A stretch of DNA of 64,000 bases. Origin: Candidatus Zixiibacteriota bacterium. Its GTDB lineage: Bacteria; Zixibacteria; MSB-5A5; GN15; FEB-12. Position numbers and translations under genes: made by a program. The notes under the pieces were generated by a model. The model had not been told where the DNA came from. It saw only the letters and a program-made list of their open reading frames with translations, and did not search any database. Of this stretch, positions 19,419 to 28,489 are shown piece by piece. Location: the NCBI GenBank assembly GCA_035380245.1, contig DAOSXA010000002.1, forward strand, positions 268,625 through 332,624. Reading direction: 5' to 3'. The stretch's first letter is position 1. Each line of letters starts with the position of its first letter.

Positions 19419-19880
19419 TCAGTTTTTACCGTCGACAAACTGCGGTGAGGGGTCGGCGTCACGCATGTATTGCAGGATTTTGTGACTGCTCTTGAGTTCA
19501 CCCAACTCCTGTTTGATCCTACGATAGCGATCACTCAGATACTCTTCACACTCGGCCACCAGAACCATGTTCTTTTTGACCATTGTCGCTATCGAATTCA
19601 CTATCTTTTTCACTTCAGGATGTGCCGCTGCCAGGCGAAAAACCGAAGGATTCCGCGTCCTCATGACCGCTATCTTATCCTCTGATTTTTTGATCCGCTG
19701 ATGGCAGCGCTCGATCTCAGCGAAAAGATCAAGCAACCGCTCATCCCGATTGAACTTGATGGCATCCCGCTGCTTATCCAGCGTTATGTAGAGAGACTGG
19801 TAAAAAGAATACTCTTCCTTCAGGGTCAGAATTAGCTGTCGCTCAAGCTGCGTTATTGCGTTTTTATCCATCGCGTCCAT
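19419..19880 (-). CDS. FlgN-family flagellar export chaperone paralogue (possible FliT analogue)
   Basis: 153 aa, all-helical. LILTLKEEYSFYQSLYITLDKQRDAIKFNRDERLLDLFAEIE resembles the FlgN family. Positioned directly after fliD-fliS. Confidence 0.5.
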   Translation of the reverse strand: MDAMDKNAITQLERQLILTLKEEYSFYQSLYITLDKQRDAIKFNRDERLLDLFAEIERCHQRIKKSEDKIAVMRTRNPSVFRLAAAHPEVKKIVNSIATMVKKNMVLVAECEEYLSDRYRRIKQELGELKSSHKILQYMRDADPSPQFVDGKN

Positions 19881-19884
19881 ATAA

Positions 19885-20334
19885 TTATGCCGAAGTTGTA
19901 AAACTGCCTGTCAGAGCCATCTCCGATTCGGGAACGGCCTTGATCTGTTCAGCCTTCGCGGCCTTACCCTGCTCGCTGAGACCTTGCCAGCCTTCTCGCA
20001 GGTTTTTCAGTACAGTTAAAATATCGTCAATTATCGCCAAATCTTTGGTCGCTTCCAGAACCATTGTTTGACAAATCACATACGAGTAGAGTTTTCCGAG
20101 ATTGGCGGCAATCTCTCCACCCTTCTCAACGTCCAGAGTCGTGTACAAATGGACTATGAAACGCTTGGCCTTTTCCAGCGTATCCCGAAGATCGTTGTAT
20201 TTCTCCTCGCGGATCAGGTCAGCCGCTTGTCCATAGGTTTTAATTGCGCCGTTATAAACCTGCAGAACCAATTCTATCTGCGATTTACCAATGGTGTCCA
20301 TGGTCTGATAGGTTTTCAGCGATTTGTTCATCAT
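19885..20334 (-). CDS. fliS: Flagellin-specific export chaperone FliS
   Basis: 149 aa. QIELVLQVYNGAIK...AKRFIVHLYTTLD...GGEIAANLGKLYSYV...L..L..L.EGW is the FliS pattern. Confidence 0.9.
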   Translation of the reverse strand: MMNKSLKTYQTMDTIGKSQIELVLQVYNGAIKTYGQAADLIREEKYNDLRDTLEKAKRFIVHLYTTLDVEKGGEIAANLGKLYSYVICQTMVLEATKDLAIIDDILTVLKNLREGWQGLSEQGKAAKAEQIKAVPESEMALTGSFTTSA

Positions 20335-20342
20335 AACTCCTA

Positions 20343-22685
20343 TTAGTCCGAACTGTTGAATGACCAGTTGCTGTTGAGGGCATCGATCTGCGTCTCCAGG
20401 TATTCCTGTTCCGCATCCAACTCCGAAAGAATCGTTTCCATCTCGGTAAATTCGTTCGTGAGCGTTTCACGACGAATCTCAAGACGTTCATCGATCTCCT
20501 CGATCCGTTCTTCCTTATCTTCGATCTCCGTCTGGAGAGCCGCCACCTTGCGAGCAAACACACCATCGGTGGAATCGGTCAGGCTGTCGATGAGATCGTC
20601 AAGCTTGGCCGCGACTCCCTTGGTCGGAGTAATCGTTCCCTCCGCACCGTCGACCAGATCTTCTTCCGTTAACGTTATCAGAAGCTTCAAACCGGAAGTA
20701 GTCTCATTGCTGTCGAGAGCGGTCAGGTATTGTCCTACGCCCTCGCATTCTTCGCCGTTGATCGTCCCCTCCACGTCGAGTCCGGCATCGCTCGTGGCTG
20801 AAGACCAGCCGAGTATCGAATAAGCATCGTTGGACACGTTGTCCAGAATACACGATACCGTTGAATTGCTGCCGTACGTTCCGCTGGTGACCTTGATGTA
20901 CCCCTGATTACCTCCGGTATCGACCCATTCGACCTCGATACCGCGACCGCCGATGTTTTCGTCGGCATCGATACCGGCCTGGATCTCGTCGATCAGGGCA
21001 CTGATCGAGTTGTAGGTGCCTTCCGTAAGAGTGATCTCTTCCGAGTTCAATCCGTCGACCTTCAATCGGAAGGTGTTGTAGCTGCTGGTTATTTCAATCG
21101 GGCTGATCGAGGGAGTTGTAAGGACCGACCCCGTCATACTTCCCTGGGTCGCAGCCTGGGTGATATCCACTTCCATCGGTTCGCCGGTTTGAGTCAGCGC
21201 CGTCGAACTCATGAATTCGATTCCGGTTTTGCTGGATTCGCCCGACCCGACAAAAAGGTTGATCACATCCTCGAGATTGTTATTCAGAGCCTCCTGCAGC
21301 TTGGATGAATCATCGATTTCAAGGGTACCGTCGGACTGCGTGTGAATACCGATCGTATAGAGCTGGTTGTATTTCGACGTTATCCCTTCTATCGTCCCGG
21401 AGATGATGCTACGCAGGGACATCTGCATTGACCAGACCGATGTTTCGCCGAACAAAATACCGGTAGTTTCTTCATCTTCATCGTAGGTATTCTGATCGTC
21501 AATGAACTCTACCACTTCGTTGTAGGCATCGATAAAAGATTCAATCGTATCTTCAATGGTAGAGATATCCAGCTCGGACTGAACCGTCACGCTGTCGTCG
21601 GTTCCGGTAACCTTCTTCGTGGTCAGCGTCACCCCGTCGATGACATTCTTGAAGGTGTTCGTGGTTGAGGTAACCGTAATCGGAGAACCCGTTCCGCCTG
21701 CAGAACCGAGCGTGATTTTAGCATCGGTGGCTTCCTGCAAAAGGGGCGTGAAGGTGGAGACTGTAAACTCATCACCGGCCGTCATGATACCGTCACTGAA
21801 AGATAACGTCAAGCCGTCGGCGCCGTCACCGGTCAGAGTCACCTCGGTGTCGCCCGCGCTCACTTCGAAAGAACCGCTATTCGTACCGTCAGTCCAGTTG
21901 ATCGTAATCGTGTCGGTGCCGATCGTTTGTTCGCCGGTCCCGCCCACGGTAAAAGTATAAGTCTTATTCTCGGAGCCCGTATAGGACGCACTGGCTCCGA
22001 GCGAAACTTCCGCCGTCGTCCCCGTACCGCTCGAATACGTTTCAGGCACATCGAAACTGCCCGTATCGAAATTCAGATCGAGACCGCCGCTAAGATCGCA
22101 CGTGATATCTATCTTGTTCTTTCTGCCGGTATTATCACCCGACAGCACCAGACGATAAGCGTTGCTGTCGGTACCGTCGTTCACGAGTGTTGCCGAAATC
22201 CCCATGTCGGCATCGTTGATAGCGTTCTTTATATCGGCCAGACTGTTGTTGGTCGAGTCTACGGTAATGGTCGTAACCGCGCCATCACCGATTTGAAGTG
22301 TAATCGTTCCGGTTCCTAAATCGTTGGAAGTGACGTCGTCAAAACCCTGACTGGCGATTTGATGGTTGCGGGCCAGTGACAACACCTGAATATCATAGGA
22401 ACCTGAAGTGGTCCCGCTGGTGCTGGTGGCCGTAAGATAATCATCATCCGTAACCGTTACACTGTAGTCGTTGAAAGTGGATGAACGCGAAAGGCTGGAT
22501 ACCTGGGTGCTGAGTGAAAGAAAATACGCTTCGAGCGTATTGTAGGCCGTGATAACACTAGTCTTGTATTCGACTTCACTTTCGAGAAGAACGGCGTTTC
22601 CGCGTTCCAACTCGATCATCTGATCAACTATCTCATCTGTGTCGAGACCTGACGATAGACCAACGATTGTTTGTGTGCCTGACAT
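20343..22685 (-). CDS. fliD: Flagellar filament cap protein FliD (HAP2), enlarged
   Basis: 780 aa. N-terminus SGLDTDEIVDQMIELER and a C-terminal coiled coil (TLTNEFTEMETILSELDAEQEYL) are FliD termini. The long S/T/G-rich centre includes an IN-type motif (SLADIKNAINDADMGISATLVNDG). Confidence 0.9.
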   Translation of the reverse strand: MSGTQTIVGLSSGLDTDEIVDQMIELERGNAVLLESEVEYKTSVITAYNTLEAYFLSLSTQVSSLSRSSTFNDYSVTVTDDDYLTATSTSGTTSGSYDIQVLSLARNHQIASQGFDDVTSNDLGTGTITLQIGDGAVTTITVDSTNNSLADIKNAINDADMGISATLVNDGTDSNAYRLVLSGDNTGRKNKIDITCDLSGGLDLNFDTGSFDVPETYSSGTGTTAEVSLGASASYTGSENKTYTFTVGGTGEQTIGTDTITINWTDGTNSGSFEVSAGDTEVTLTGDGADGLTLSFSDGIMTAGDEFTVSTFTPLLQEATDAKITLGSAGGTGSPITVTSTTNTFKNVIDGVTLTTKKVTGTDDSVTVQSELDISTIEDTIESFIDAYNEVVEFIDDQNTYDEDEETTGILFGETSVWSMQMSLRSIISGTIEGITSKYNQLYTIGIHTQSDGTLEIDDSSKLQEALNNNLEDVINLFVGSGESSKTGIEFMSSTALTQTGEPMEVDITQAATQGSMTGSVLTTPSISPIEITSSYNTFRLKVDGLNSEEITLTEGTYNSISALIDEIQAGIDADENIGGRGIEVEWVDTGGNQGYIKVTSGTYGSNSTVSCILDNVSNDAYSILGWSSATSDAGLDVEGTINGEECEGVGQYLTALDSNETTSGLKLLITLTEEDLVDGAEGTITPTKGVAAKLDDLIDSLTDSTDGVFARKVAALQTEIEDKEERIEEIDERLEIRRETLTNEFTEMETILSELDAEQEYLETQIDALNSNWSFNSSD

Positions 22686-22744
22686 GATTACCTCCTGTAT
22701 TAGGCGACATCAATGTCTCGCTGAGCCCATTGTTGTTTATTTAC

Positions 22745-22775
22745 CCTTCGGGAGAGCTTTTAGCTCTCCCGAAGG
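22745..22775 (-). terminator. Strong hairpin after the flagellin gene (terminator or attenuator before fliD)
   Basis: CCTTCGGGAGAGCT-ttt-AGCTCTCCCGAAGG, a 14-bp perfect stem 36 nt after the flagellin stop. The trailing sequence on the minus strand is A/U-rich but has no clean U-tract. Confidence 0.55.
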
Positions 22776-22810
22776 TATTTGCTCGGAAAGCTTAAGAGCT
22801 TTCTTACTTA

Positions 22811-24994
22811 TTAACCGAACAGTGACAGAACCACCTGCGGAACCTGGTTGGCCTGAGCGAGCATAGCCGTACCGGCCTGCATCAGGATCTGGTTCTTGGT
22901 GAATTCCGACATTTCGGAGGCCATATCGGTGTCACGGATCGACGACTCAGAAGAAGTCAGGTTCTGAGCGGCGATACGGAGGTTCCGGAGGTTGGATTCC
23001 AGAGTGTTCTTCTGGAAGCTACCGAGAGTACCACGAGTCGTGGACACTTCATTAATGGCCTGGTCAATAATAGCCTGCGCATCCTGAGCGCCTTCGGCGG
23101 TGGTTACGTCAATCTCGGACAGCGATGAGAACATGTTGCCCGCGATGTTCATACCAAGAGCCGTAGCGGCCATGTTGCGCAGCGAAATGTTAGCCGTCTG
23201 ACCAACGTTACCACCGATCTGGAAGACCAGTGACTGGTCAGTGTTGCTGATCGTCTCGTTGCCGCCTTCAGAGGTCAGGCCGTAGTTGACCGTGATCCAC
23301 TCACTGCGATCCGCAGAGTAAACCACCGCATCCACGCCGGCTGTGGCCTCAACCGCGGTACCGCCATCGAGCTGGACGGCGAACTTGGTCGCGGTCGTGG
23401 TGAGCAGCATATTGCCGGTGTCGATACCGTTGGCCGCCGAAGCCAGGATGACATCCAGCGTTCCCTGATCGGCTTCACCGTAATCGGCTGTCCACAGCGT
23501 CGCCGTACCGGTCTGACCGTACTCGACGGACGTAATGGTGTTGGCATAACCGTTGAAGTCGATAATGGCATCGGTACCGGCGTTGGCCTGAGTATCCGCA
23601 GTCAGACCAAGCACATTACCCAGATCTTCGGAGTTGTTGCCGGCTTCGGCCTCGAACTTGATCGAGTAGTCCGAACCCTCGTCGAGGGTGCTGAACTGCA
23701 GACGGTTGTTGTTGGAAACCGCAACCGAAATATCATTCTCGCCCGAACCGTTGGCAACGGTTCCGAAAATAGCAAGCAACTGGGTGTTGATCTCATCGGC
23801 CAGATCGGACATGGTCGTATAAGTGCCGTTGGTCACGTCGATCTGCTGAGAGGTCTGGGTGCCGTTGGCTGTGACTGTCGTAAAGGTCAGGTGAGCGTCG
23901 GAAGCGCCGCGGTTGGACTGCTGAGCGAAGTTCAGAGTGGACGCGGTAGCGTCGGTGGATGAAGCCTCAGCGCGCAACGAATACTGGGCGCCCTCGTCGG
24001 CATAGCTGAACGAGAACTTGGTACCGCCGCTGGAAGCGTCGTAAGAAGTACCCACCTCGATATTGGAGAGTTCACTATTGGCACCGATGGCGCTCTCCAG
24101 CTTGGTCTTCACCGTTGAGGCGGTATCGGACGCGCCAATGGAGATCGTGAATGACTGATTGCCGATCGGCGTGGAGCCATTTTCCTGCACGTTCAGGATG
24201 AAGGTGTAGGTACCGGTATTGCCGGCGCCGGCGGTGAACTGACCGGTGGCACTGACGGTCGCCTTAGTGGCAGCACCGTCGATGACCTGCAGACCGTTGC
24301 CCCAGGCATCCGTGATGGACATAGCCGAGCCGGTTTTGCTCGCTACATCGGAGGACTGCACGACGTCAAGGTTGTGAACACCTTCATCGAGGTTGTACGG
24401 ATCACCGTCGGTGTTAGCGAGGGAGATACCGTAGGAAGTGGTGTTCAACTCAGCGGTGGCATCGGCGGTCTTGACCGCGGACAGCGAGTAGGTACCATCA
24501 CGCAGGTTGGAGTTGGTCAGGGTCACGTCCGAAATGTTCGGGCTGGTGATCGTGGCCACGTTCTCCTTCGAACCGTCGAGCAGGTTCTTGGTACCGAACT
24601 GGGTGTTGGCAGCAATACGATTGATCGTGGCAATCGCGTTGCGAATTTCTGCCTGGTCGGCAGCGAGCTGGTCAGCGTCGTTGAAGCCTTCGTTCGCGGC
24701 GTGAATAGCCAGTTCTCTCATCGAAGTCAACAGCGAGTTGATTTCGGTCAGAGCACCTTCAGCCGTCTGAATCATGCTGACGCTACCTTCCGAGTTGCTG
24801 ATCGCGCGCTCGAGACCGGCGATCTGCGCCCGGAACTGTTCAGAAATTACCAAACCGGCCGGATCGTCCGAGCCTTTGTTGATCCGGTAACCGGATGACA
24901 GCTTCTGCATCGAATCGTTAAGATCGGAAGTAGTGTTGATCAGGTTCCGATGCGCGTTCAAAGCCGCCAGGTTGTGATTAATGCGAAGTGACAT
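22811..24994 (-). CDS. fliC: Flagellin (large, 727 aa, S/T-rich hypervariable centre)
   Basis: N-terminus MSLRINHNLAALNAHRNL...LSSGYRINKGSDDPAG and C-terminus MSEFTKNQILMQAGTAMLAQANQVPQVVLSLF are canonical flagellin D0/D1 segments. Confidence 0.95.
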   Translation of the reverse strand: MSLRINHNLAALNAHRNLINTTSDLNDSMQKLSSGYRINKGSDDPAGLVISEQFRAQIAGLERAISNSEGSVSMIQTAEGALTEINSLLTSMRELAIHAANEGFNDADQLAADQAEIRNAIATINRIAANTQFGTKNLLDGSKENVATITSPNISDVTLTNSNLRDGTYSLSAVKTADATAELNTTSYGISLANTDGDPYNLDEGVHNLDVVQSSDVASKTGSAMSITDAWGNGLQVIDGAATKATVSATGQFTAGAGNTGTYTFILNVQENGSTPIGNQSFTISIGASDTASTVKTKLESAIGANSELSNIEVGTSYDASSGGTKFSFSYADEGAQYSLRAEASSTDATASTLNFAQQSNRGASDAHLTFTTVTANGTQTSQQIDVTNGTYTTMSDLADEINTQLLAIFGTVANGSGENDISVAVSNNNRLQFSTLDEGSDYSIKFEAEAGNNSEDLGNVLGLTADTQANAGTDAIIDFNGYANTITSVEYGQTGTATLWTADYGEADQGTLDVILASAANGIDTGNMLLTTTATKFAVQLDGGTAVEATAGVDAVVYSADRSEWITVNYGLTSEGGNETISNTDQSLVFQIGGNVGQTANISLRNMAATALGMNIAGNMFSSLSEIDVTTAEGAQDAQAIIDQAINEVSTTRGTLGSFQKNTLESNLRNLRIAAQNLTSSESSIRDTDMASEMSEFTKNQILMQAGTAMLAQANQVPQVVLSLFG

Positions 24995-25001
24995 GTGTCA
25001 A

Positions 25002-25034
25002 TCCTCCTTGAATGGTCCGGGGTATCCTTACCCC
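25002..25034 (-). promoter_or_regulatory. Predicted CsrA binding sites in the flagellin 5' leader
   Basis: Leader RNA reads ...GGGGUA-AGGA-UACCCC GGACCAUUC AAGGAGGA UUGACAC AUG. One GGA sits in the loop of a 6-bp hairpin (25019-25034). A second GGA overlaps the SD (25002-25009). This is the same two-site layout as the B. subtilis hag leader. Confidence 0.6.
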
Positions 25035-25211
25035 ATTTTGTCTATTGGATTTCCTTGTTTTCATCACAACGTCACTTCCGATGACAAACGTGCCAGAGTT
25101 ACAGTCCCATCGTACCCCGGTTTGACGGTAGTTAACCTGCGTCTGATCCTCCTTTCCAGGAATCATCGTGTTTATCCATAAAATGGTTCAATCGCTTTCT
25201 TAAGGTCATAA

Positions 25212-25236
25212 ATCGGCAGAACCTTTAACAACTTTA
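25212..25236 (-). promoter_or_regulatory. Sigma28 (FliA-type) promoter of the flagellin gene
   Basis: Minus strand reads TAAAG-N14-GCCGATTT (TAAA-N15-GCCGAT). This predicts a leader of about 205 nt. Confidence 0.7.
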
Positions 25237-25259
25237 TGGGGTAAATCCTATTGATTGTG

Positions 25260-25299
25260 AAAAAAGCAGGCAGTTGACCTTCCAGATCGAAGAGCTGCT
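25260..25299 (-). terminator. Probable intrinsic terminator after the TPR-GT2 gene
   Basis: Imperfect hairpin GCAGCUCUUC-GAUCUG-GAAGGUCAACUGC followed by CUGC-UUUUUU on the minus strand. Confidence 0.4.
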
Positions 25300-25306
25300 C
25301 CGGAGA

Positions 25307-27910
25307 TCAGATCTTCGCTGCTTTAGCTATTTCAGTCAATCTTTGTCGAGCAGGTGCGAAATCAGGATTGATTTGAAGTGCCCGGCGGTACCCCATAGCC
25401 GCGGAGTCATTGTGCCCCATAGCTTTATAACACTCCGCCAGCTTAAATAAAGCTTCGGTATCGTTTGGATTCGCTTGTAAAAAGCGCTCAAAATGTACTA
25501 AGGCGTGCTCCGGTTGACCGGTGATTATGTAAAGCTCACCCAACGCACTAACCGCTTGCAAATCATCCGGTTCTACAGCCAGATAAGACTCCAGCGCCGC
25601 TATCGCCTGTTCGGGTTGCCCTTGCCGGAATCGAGCCAGACCAAGATTACGCAAGCTGTGGGCTGGAGCTTCTTCGGTCTCAGTCGCCTGAAGGTAGCAC
25701 GCCACCGCATGGTCGTAATCCTCGAGGCGATAGTGGCAGTTGCCCAGATCGTTAATCAGCGCTGCATCCGACCAGTTACGCTCCACGAGACTCTGGTAAA
25801 GATCCCGCGCCCGTGCGAAGTCTCCGGCTTCGAAACAGACCTCGGCCAGTCGGCGCGTCAATTGCGGTTGATTTTCATCAATGGATATGACCTGCTCTAG
25901 CATTTGTCGCGCCCGATCTAGGTCGCCGCTTTCTGCAAAAAACAGTCCCGCATTGGTCAGCACCGTGAGGTCGTTCGGTTCCAGCTCAACCGCCTTGAGA
26001 TAGTACGTCTCAGCCTCAGCAAGATTGTTCTGCAATGCACATATATAACCGATACCGGCCGCCGCCATACCGGCAGGTTGGCGACTCGCCAACTGCGCCT
26101 CAAATTGGGCCCTGGCTTCCGGTAATTTGTTCTCCTTCAGATAGATATTCCCAAGTCGCAAGGCCGCCTGCAAGTATCCCGGTGTATGTTCGAGAGCCCG
26201 GCGATAGAACTCGGCCGCATCCTCACGCCGGCCCAGTGATTCCGCGGCCAGTCCCTGTCCATACAGGGCGCCGCCCCGGCTGTCCGGATGATAGAGAATC
26301 ACCGGTAACGTTTCTCGATGTTCATTATAAGTCGCCTGAGTATCGAGGTACTTCTGATAAGCGACAATGGCCTGCTCGTAGTTTTTCTTACGGCTCTCGA
26401 CATTTCCCAGAAGGAGCAGCGGATCGAGATAATCCGGCTTGAAACTGAGAGCTCTCAGAGCATACTCCTCGGCCTCCTCCAGGTCACCGGCAACGATCGC
26501 AATCCAGCCAACATGGTTCAAAGACATGACATGCAGACCGAGCTCGCGCGAAACATCAGGATCGTTCAGACGCACCGCCTTGAGCGCCGCCTCGCGGGCC
26601 CGCTGCATGAGGGCCGGATCGTTTTCATCAAGTCTCCCCCGCAACGCCTGGGTCACATTGAACCAGGCAAAACCGTTGTCGGGATTTTTGGTAATTTGCT
26701 CTTCGAGCAACGCCATCGTGCGTTCGAATTTGGCCTGCATCTTTTCCGGTGACAGATCGTACCCCAAATGCTCCAGGCTGATCGGCGCTCGCGTTATGTG
26801 AGAGCCCTCCGGCACCTGCAGGCTGTTGTGGACAATCCCCTCATACCGGAAGTCCAACTTACGCCGCCACAGTCTCACCGAATTGGCACAGGTGATACGA
26901 TGATCGGAACGACCGTACAAATTGAATACATTAATAGAGATGATTTCATGCTCGTCGCTGTTGATCAGGTCGAGCAGCAGCGGGACTTCTTTTTGGTTAA
27001 CCCGCTCATCGGCATCTATAATGAAAACCCAATCGCTTGTAGCCAACTCCAACGTATAATTACGATGCTTCGAGAAATTATTCTCCCACGGCTGATGAAA
27101 CAGTTTTGCTCCATAAGACTCGGCAATGGCGCAGGTGTTGTCGGTGGAACCGGTATCGACGACGATAATCTCATCAACCCAGTCCCGCACCGACTCCAGC
27201 GCTCCCGGCAGAAGTTCTTCCTCGTTCTTGACCATCATGCACGCTGAAACAGTTGCTTTCTGTTTCAACACTTTTTGGGTCATTCGCAGCTCTTCTACCG
27301 CGCTACATAGCTGCGTACCCACCTCAGCCACTTGTCCAGCGGCTTCAATATCTTCTCCATCGCGATAAAGTTGAATCAACTCCAGGTAAATGCGCTGATC
27401 AGTCGGGTTTAAAAGAACGCAACGTTCCAGATATTCTCGGGCTTTTTCCTGCCGTCCGATTTGAAGCGAAGCGCGTCCGGCGGTTAAACAGGCTTCAAAG
27501 GTTCTCCGGCATGCCGCTTGCGACGGAGCTTCTTCCCATCCGGATAAAAACAACTCTGCTTGTTGCAGAGCATTGGCCCAGTCGCGCATTTTCCAATAAG
27601 CCTTGGCCAGCGCCAGATTGAGCGGCCCGGGGTATTTATCGTTGACATAAGCAGCAAAACGATCGATCACATCGCCGTATTTCTTGTCGTAAAGCCAGCC
27701 CTCGCACAGCATTGCTTTCAGGCGTCCAGACTGCTCCGACTTATCGTCAAGGGCTATAATTCGCTCGCTATAAGGATCGAGGAGGTCATTGATTTTTACC
27801 AGTTCATCATTGACCAGATATCGCTCCGCGCGATCTATTAGCTCTTCGATATCAAACGGGATATCGCCGGAAGTTTTCGGCGGTGATGTTTTACTGCGTG
27901 TTTTACTCAT
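25307..27910 (-). CDS. TPR - family-2 glycosyltransferase - TPR protein (candidate flagellin glycosyltransferase)
   Basis: 867 aa. The central GT2 core is VSACMMVKNEEELLPGALESVRDWVDEIIVVDTGSTDNT...FIIDADE. It is flanked by about 5 N-terminal and at least 10 C-terminal TPR-like repeats. It is the last gene before the flagellin promoter. Confidence 0.75.
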   Translation of the reverse strand: MSKTRSKTSPPKTSGDIPFDIEELIDRAERYLVNDELVKINDLLDPYSERIIALDDKSEQSGRLKAMLCEGWLYDKKYGDVIDRFAAYVNDKYPGPLNLALAKAYWKMRDWANALQQAELFLSGWEEAPSQAACRRTFEACLTAGRASLQIGRQEKAREYLERCVLLNPTDQRIYLELIQLYRDGEDIEAAGQVAEVGTQLCSAVEELRMTQKVLKQKATVSACMMVKNEEELLPGALESVRDWVDEIIVVDTGSTDNTCAIAESYGAKLFHQPWENNFSKHRNYTLELATSDWVFIIDADERVNQKEVPLLLDLINSDEHEIISINVFNLYGRSDHRITCANSVRLWRRKLDFRYEGIVHNSLQVPEGSHITRAPISLEHLGYDLSPEKMQAKFERTMALLEEQITKNPDNGFAWFNVTQALRGRLDENDPALMQRAREAALKAVRLNDPDVSRELGLHVMSLNHVGWIAIVAGDLEEAEEYALRALSFKPDYLDPLLLLGNVESRKKNYEQAIVAYQKYLDTQATYNEHRETLPVILYHPDSRGGALYGQGLAAESLGRREDAAEFYRRALEHTPGYLQAALRLGNIYLKENKLPEARAQFEAQLASRQPAGMAAAGIGYICALQNNLAEAETYYLKAVELEPNDLTVLTNAGLFFAESGDLDRARQMLEQVISIDENQPQLTRRLAEVCFEAGDFARARDLYQSLVERNWSDAALINDLGNCHYRLEDYDHAVACYLQATETEEAPAHSLRNLGLARFRQGQPEQAIAALESYLAVEPDDLQAVSALGELYIITGQPEHALVHFERFLQANPNDTEALFKLAECYKAMGHNDSAAMGYRRALQINPDFAPARQRLTEIAKAAKI

Positions 27911-27990
27911 TGTCTCTTCCTATGGGACAGCTCATTCGAGAGAAGTGCCGCATCCCGGACTCCACCCGAGTCAAAGCTCTGTTCTTTTCT

Positions 27991-28467
27991 TCAGACCAGC
28001 GCCGGTTCTCGACGTCGAACAGGTTCGGGTTTCCGGTCCGGAATGGCCTCGACCAGAGAATGCTTGACTTCGTAACGAGAGTTCACCAGGACCAACTGCT
28101 TGGCGAAACCATTCTCGGTATTAATGAGAATCGGCCCCTGCAGGTTGGCGGTGATGTTCTCCATACGATCCGCAAGCGTCACGATGACATAAGTCTCGAC
28201 GGCGCGAACATCGTCTATTTCCAACTCAGCGATTTCATTGGGATTCACCTCGATACGATAATCGGGGTAAAATACCGCCGGGTTGACCACGACAAATGCC
28301 ACACCTTCGTTTTCCGTCGAATGGAGCCAGAGAAACGGACTCAACTCCTCTCTCTCGATCAGACAAAAACCGGTCAGGTGTTCGAAACCGAGGATCGGCC
28401 GTTTCATTGCTATCAGCTTGTCCTCGGGGATATCGAGCTGACCGAATTTGATGCTTTTAATCAGCAT
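27991..28467 (-). CDS. fliW: Flagellar assembly factor FliW
   Basis: 158 aa. FGQLDIPEDKLI...ILGFEHL..F.L......PFLWLHS.E...VAFVVVNP..F.PDY is the FliW pattern. Confidence 0.9.
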   Translation of the reverse strand: MLIKSIKFGQLDIPEDKLIAMKRPILGFEHLTGFCLIEREELSPFLWLHSTENEGVAFVVVNPAVFYPDYRIEVNPNEIAELEIDDVRAVETYVIVTLADRMENITANLQGPILINTENGFAKQLVLVNSRYEVKHSLVEAIPDRKPEPVRRREPALV

Positions 28468-28489
28468 GTTTCCTATCCTTGCTGCTTCG

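Noticed and set aside
25079-25095. CTGGCAC-GTTTG-TCAT in the flagellin leader, resembling a sigma54 -24 element. This raised the possibility of dual sigma28/sigma54 control of flagellin.
   Set aside because: The -12 position has TCAT with no GC dinucleotide at the required spacing. The -24 half alone is not sufficient.
24978-25166. A 62-aa ORF (MIPGKEDQTQ...) within the flagellin leader, overlapping the flagellin start codon.
   Set aside because: It runs through the predicted CsrA-site hairpin and the SD and reads into fliC out of frame, with a non-protein-like sequence. The region is better explained as a structured 5' UTR.
27925-27945. GGCAC-TTCTC-TCGA upstream of the TPR-GT2 gene, considered as a possible sigma54 promoter.
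   Set aside because: The -12 element reads GA instead of the essential GC, so this is likely a chance match. The gene is more simply read as the last member of the flgF operon.
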